A DNA stretch of 64,000 nt, taken from NCBI GenBank assembly GCA_052388515.1, contig JBQTHZ010000022.1, positions 25,102-89,101 of the forward strand. Direction: 5' to 3'. Position numbers and translations under genes: made by a program. The notes below the pieces were generated by a model. That model had not been told where the DNA came from. It worked only from the letters and a program-made list of their open reading frames with translations, and did not search any database. Within the stretch, counting starts at the first letter, position 1, and each line of letters opens with the position of its first letter. This DNA is from Chloroflexota bacterium (GTDB lineage Bacteria > Chloroflexota > Limnocylindria > QHBO01). Positions 60,147 to 64,000 of this stretch are shown piece by piece.

Positions 60147-61781
60147 TCACGCCTTCGATCGGGAGAGCGCGCCGCGATACAGGTCCAGGAGCCGCGTGCT
60201 CAGGCCGGGCCCGGAGCTGACGAGATCACGGAATGCATCGGCCTCGAGCGCGAGGAGCATGCCCGCCGCGGTGGCGGTCACGGTCGCGGTCCGCGGCGAC
60301 TGGCGAAGGAGCCCGATCTCTCCGAAGACGTCGCCCGGCCCGAGGTCGCGCAGGTGGACCGCCGTGCCGCCGGCGTCCGGCACCTGGGTCACGGCGACGC
60401 TGCCCTCGCCGATGACGTAGAACCGATCGGCGGCATCCCCCTGGCGGATGATCACGGTGCCCTGGTCCACCGGGACCTCCTCCAACTGGCGGGCGGCGGC
60501 CTCCAGGCGTGCGGCCGGCAACCCGGCGAAGATGGGATGCTCGAGCATCCGTGCGCGGGACGGATCCAGGGCTGCGGGCCGGGACTCTCGCGGCGCGAGG
60601 GCAAAGGCGGTCACGACGCCGACCACGGTGATCACTGCGGAGCCGATGAGGACCGGACCCACGCCGAACGCGCCGGCGATCAGCGGCATGACCAATGATC
60701 CAAGCGCGTAGAGAATCGCAGACGTCGTCTGCAGGACACCCATGGCGCGCCCTCGAAGCTCGTCGGGCACGATGCGCTGGATCAGCGTCGTGTTCACCAC
60801 GTCGAGCAGGAGGAGTCCACCGACCGCAATGCCAATGGCCAGCATGGCAGTCACGAGGTCGCCGGCCAGCGCGAGCCAGGCGAGACCGATCCCACCGAAC
60901 ATGCCGCCCAGGACCAGCGGCACCCCGAGACGACGAGCAAGCAGCGCCCCGGCCGCGATCCCGGTCACGACCCCTCCGACCCCGGTCGCTGCGTTGAGAA
61001 ATCCGGTACCGGCCTCGCCCGCGTTGAGCACGTCGACCGCGATGACGACCGTCAGCACTCCCACGCCTCCGCCCACGATGCTCGTCGTCGAGTCAAGGAT
61101 GAGTGGCCCCGCCAGCGGCCGGACGAGCTGGCGCCAACCGGCGGCAGGAGGTGCCGCGGCGTCCTCGCTGGTGGTCACCGGGCTCGCCGCGCGCGGCACG
61201 GGAAGCCGCCACAGGACGACCGCCACCACAGCGAACGAGATCGCGTTCAACAGGAACGCGAACTCGAGCCCACCACTCGCGAGCAGGATCCCGGCGAGAG
61301 CGGGGCCAACGATGAAGGCGACGTTGTCGAGGGTTGCCCACGCACTGTTTGCCGGGCCGAGGTCGCTCTCGTCCACGAGCATCGGCAGGAGCGCCGCGAT
61401 CGCCGGACCGAAGAACGTGGAGAAGCAGGCCGCAACGATGGCGAGGCCGACGATCGCGAACGTCGGCGCGTCCACGAGGACGGCCGCCACCAGGATCAGC
61501 ATCAGGACGCCGCGCGCCACATCCGTGACCAGCAGGACCATGCGGCGGTCGAAGCGGTCGGCCACGATTCCCGCAGGCACCGAGAGCAGGACGTACGGCA
61601 GGATGCGTGCAGCACCCACGATCCCCAGGAGGACCGCGGACTGGCTCTCGGCGTAAACGGCGACCAGGACGGCCACCAGGTAGAGCCAGTCACCGATCCC
61701 GGAGATGAACTCACCGGCCAACAGCCGTGCGAGCGCTCGATTTCGACGGAAGAGCTCGACGTAGACGCGGAGCAGGCTCAC
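60147..61781 (-). CDS. MFS transporter fused to a C-terminal cyclic-nucleotide-binding (cNMP) domain
   Basis: 12 TM MFS core with motif GIVADRFDRR, then a CAP-family cNMP domain (FGEIGLL...RTATV). GTG start at 61781 with a GAGGAG RBS, overlapping the S8 TGA. Confidence 0.75.
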   Translation of the reverse strand: MSLLRVYVELFRRNRALARLLAGEFISGIGDWLYLVAVLVAVYAESQSAVLLGIVGAARILPYVLLSVPAGIVADRFDRRMVLLVTDVARGVLMLILVAAVLVDAPTFAIVGLAIVAACFSTFFGPAIAALLPMLVDESDLGPANSAWATLDNVAFIVGPALAGILLASGGLEFAFLLNAISFAVVAVVLWRLPVPRAASPVTTSEDAAAPPAAGWRQLVRPLAGPLILDSTTSIVGGGVGVLTVVIAVDVLNAGEAGTGFLNAATGVGGVVTGIAAGALLARRLGVPLVLGGMFGGIGLAWLALAGDLVTAMLAIGIAVGGLLLLDVVNTTLIQRIVPDELRGRAMGVLQTTSAILYALGSLVMPLIAGAFGVGPVLIGSAVITVVGVVTAFALAPRESRPAALDPSRARMLEHPIFAGLPAARLEAAARQLEEVPVDQGTVIIRQGDAADRFYVIGEGSVAVTQVPDAGGTAVHLRDLGPGDVFGEIGLLRQSPRTATVTATAAGMLLALEADAFRDLVSSGPGLSTRLLDLYRGALSRSKA

Positions 61782-62623
61782 GCGCGCGCTTCTCCTCGTC
61801 CACGGGGGTGGCGGCGACCGGGATTGTCGGCGACGCTGGTCAGGATCGCCTTGACCTCGAACGGGCTGAGGCCCGGGTGCTTCGACAGGATGAGTGCCAC
61901 GAGTCCGGCCAGGTGCGGCGCCGCGAAGCTGTTGCCGGTGGCAATGGTGCTCCCGCCGTCCTTCCACGCGATCGGAACGTCGACGCCCCATGCCCCGAAC
62001 TCCACCGGCGGCGCGGGATTGTAGTAGATCCGCCAGGGGTCCGGCTCGGCGTGGGCAGCCACCGAGAAGACCGATGAAAAGAGCGAGGGATAGCTGGGCG
62101 CCGGGACGTTGTTCGCAGCGCTCACCAGCGCGGTACCGCGAAAGTACGCGCGATCGGCGAGGTCATGGAAGACCGGGTAGAGCGACTCGCTCTTCGACGA
62201 CAGGCTCAGGTTGCAGACCTGCAGTCCCTGCTCGATCGCCCATTCAAGACCGGCGGCGAAGGCGGTTCCCTTCCCGCGCAGGTCCGGGCCGAGGACACGA
62301 ATCGAGACGAGCTCGACGTCAGGCGCCAGGCCGACGATGATCGCGCCACACGCCGTGCCGTGACCGAACATGTCGACTGCCTGGTCCGGAACGACGACGG
62401 GCTCCTCTCCACCGATCTCGACCGTCACGTTCTCGACGACCCGACCGTGCAGGTCAGGGTGATCGTTCTCGAGCCCCGAGTCGATGATCCCGACGCGAAC
62501 GCCCTTGCCCGTGGCGCCACCCCAGGCCCATTCGCGGGTCAGGCCGACCAGGCGAAGGGGGCGGCGCAGTGCGTGCTTCGGATCCGCGAACGGCTCCGAC
62601 CAGGCCGGGAGCTGGTCGGTCAC
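61778..62623 (-). CDS. Intracellular S8 family subtilisin-like serine peptidase (no signal peptide)
   Basis: Catalytic triad blocks IIDSGL, HGTACG and GNSFAAP. 281 aa. ATG overlaps the GAF-protein TGA. Confidence 0.8.
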   Translation of the reverse strand: MTDQLPAWSEPFADPKHALRRPLRLVGLTREWAWGGATGKGVRVGIIDSGLENDHPDLHGRVVENVTVEIGGEEPVVVPDQAVDMFGHGTACGAIIVGLAPDVELVSIRVLGPDLRGKGTAFAAGLEWAIEQGLQVCNLSLSSKSESLYPVFHDLADRAYFRGTALVSAANNVPAPSYPSLFSSVFSVAAHAEPDPWRIYYNPAPPVEFGAWGVDVPIAWKDGGSTIATGNSFAAPHLAGLVALILSKHPGLSPFEVKAILTSVADNPGRRHPRGRGEARA

Positions 62624-63399
62624 CGCCCGGCTCGGGGACGCCTGGTGCGTCCGGCATGCATCGCCACCACGTCGAGGATGTCGGTCAGGAGCGCCGTCTC
62701 GCGATCGGTGAGCGAACGCAGGCGGGCAACCTGGTCGACGAGGCGCCAGAACGGGGCCTCGTCGTCCACGTCGAGGTCGTTGGTCGCGGCGGCCACGAGG
62801 TCGTCGACCTGTGCCTCGTCGAGGTCAGGGCCGACCTGCGCAAGGACGCTGCGCAGCAGGCGCTCAGTATCGCGCTGAACGCGGGCCGCACCGATGGCAA
62901 CCGTCGCCTGCGCGGCGAACACACCGAGCAGCTCCATGTCATTCAGCGAAAAGGTCGCTGACCCACGCTTGTCGAGCACCTGCAGCACGCCGACCGTGCC
63001 CTGCTCGTCCAGGAGCGGCGCGGCAGCGATCGATCGGGGAACGTAGCCCGTCTGCTCGGCGGCGTCGCGATTGAATCGAGGGTCGTTCGCGACGTCCGAA
63101 AGGGACAGTGCCTGACCGGTCGAGTAGACGAATCCCGCGATGCCCTGCGTCGGCGGGACGGTCAGCCCGACCGCACCCGCCCCCTGCTCGCCGGCAGCGA
63201 CGCGGAACTCGAGCCGATCGGGATCCTGCTCGAACAGCGCGATCGATGCCGCCTCGGCGTCGAAGAGACGAACGGTCGCGTCGACGATGCTCTGCAGCAG
63301 GCGCGTCTCGACATCCCCGGTGAGGCGTCGCCCGATCGCAGAACGCCGCGCCGCCGCAACGAGTGCGGCGAGCGCGGCATCGGCCTGTTGGTTGGCCAC
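62620..63399 (-). CDS. GAF-domain protein
   Basis: GAF fold signature region (ASIALFE...GIAGFVYSTGQAL...DPRF), about 170 aa, then an acidic C-terminal tail. Confidence 0.65.
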   Translation of the reverse strand: MANQQADAALAALVAAARRSAIGRRLTGDVETRLLQSIVDATVRLFDAEAASIALFEQDPDRLEFRVAAGEQGAGAVGLTVPPTQGIAGFVYSTGQALSLSDVANDPRFNRDAAEQTGYVPRSIAAAPLLDEQGTVGVLQVLDKRGSATFSLNDMELLGVFAAQATVAIGAARVQRDTERLLRSVLAQVGPDLDEAQVDDLVAAATNDLDVDDEAPFWRLVDQVARLRSLTDRETALLTDILDVVAMHAGRTRRPRAGR

Positions 63400-63420
63400 C
63401 AGCGCTACATCAACGCGGGC

Positions 63421-63639
63421 TCAGGAGAGCTTAGAGAGATGGCCCTCGGTGTCGTCGTCATCGCCGGCCTTGGGGAGATACGGTCCGTGGCCCTCGGTGT
63501 CCTCGTCGAGCTTCCTGGTGTCGTCGGTCTGGTCCGTCATGATGTGTCCCTCTACTGCGTCGTCGTCAAATGCCTCGCCCCCGAGCGAACCCGGTCGCGA
63601 AAAGCCCTCCATCGGCGGCTGCCGCCGGTAGTTATCCAT
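63421..63639 (-). CDS. Small acidic protein with three D(T/V)EGH repeats
   Basis: GGAGG RBS 9 nt upstream of ATG. The 72-aa product contains AVEGH, DTEGH and DTEGH. Confidence 0.55.
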   Translation of the reverse strand: MDNYRRQPPMEGFSRPGSLGGEAFDDDAVEGHIMTDQTDDTRKLDEDTEGHGPYLPKAGDDDDTEGHLSKLS

Positions 63640-63753
63640 AAGCGGGTACCTCCTGTGGGCGGCGGTGTAACCGCGATGACGTCATCCTATGAATGAGCCG
63701 TACAGTTCGCGAAGCGGGTGTGCGACAGGCCCGGTGTCGGCTATTCGACACTC

Positions 63754-64000
63754 TCACCTGGTGCTCCGTGCTTCGAGGGCACCGAGATCGCTGATCACCA
63801 GGGTGTCGTGTTCGATCTCGAGCAATCCCTCCTCCACCAGCCCGCTGAGGAGCTTGTTGACGCTCTGGCGGGTCCCGCCGATCATCGCAGCCAGATCCGA
63901 CTGTGTGAAGGGCCAGTTCAGCTCGACGCGGCCGGCCGCTCTCGGATCGACATCGCGCGCGAGGCGGACGAGGCGCATCGAGAGACGTCCCGCCAGGTCG
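63754..64000 (-). CDS. Crp/Fnr-family transcriptional regulator (C-terminal HTH part; N-terminus beyond window)
   Basis: HTH_Crp segment TQSDLAAMIGGTRQSVNKLLSGLVEEGLL. The frame is open to the window edge. Confidence 0.65.
   Translation of the reverse strand, partial: DLAGRLSMRLVRLARDVDPRAAGRVELNWPFTQSDLAAMIGGTRQSVNKLLSGLVEEGLLEIEHDTLVISDLGALEARSTR

Overview
High-GC (~70%) bacterial chromosomal segment. Gene content suggests an actinobacterium-like or Chloroflexi-like Gram-positive-type organism: SLH domains, an LPXTG-like sorting signal, a Mec+/CysO/CysM system and a MoeZ-like E1. I call about 70 protein-coding genes, densely packed, many joined by 4-nt ATGA/GTGA start/stop overlaps. I found no rRNA, tRNA, CRISPR array, transposase or integrase. 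Housekeeping genes: a 5'-truncated ABC-F ATPase, aspartokinase, MutY-like glycosylase, gltX, mdh, citrate synthase, upp, lgt, rsgA, asparaginase-II, peptidases and several MFS transporters. Four regions stand out. (1) A minus-strand sulfur-mobilisation supercluster at 42.5-52.6 kb. It runs FNR-like reductase, sufB, sufD, Rieske ferredoxin, Rrf2 regulator, sufC, sufS, sufU, a rhodanese-MoeB E1, cysO (GG-SG tail), cysM and a JAMM/Mec+ protease. (2) A plus-strand cassette at 56.3-60.1 kb: 2-oxoacid dehydrogenase E1-alpha, E1-beta, then a protein whose lipoyl and E3-binding domains are fused to a PglD/NeuD-type left-handed-beta-helix acyltransferase instead of an E2 catalytic domain, then a membrane protein. 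This is my best candidate for an undescribed system. (3) A GAF-domain protein, intracellular S8 subtilase and MFS transporter fused to a cNMP-binding domain, all translationally coupled. (4) A TIMP/NTR-like secreted protein starting Cys-Ser-Cys after its signal peptide, beside a PLDc_N mini-protein and several peptidases. All homology calls rest on motif and architecture recognition by eye. No database search was possible, and coordinates of internally chosen starts may be off by a codon.
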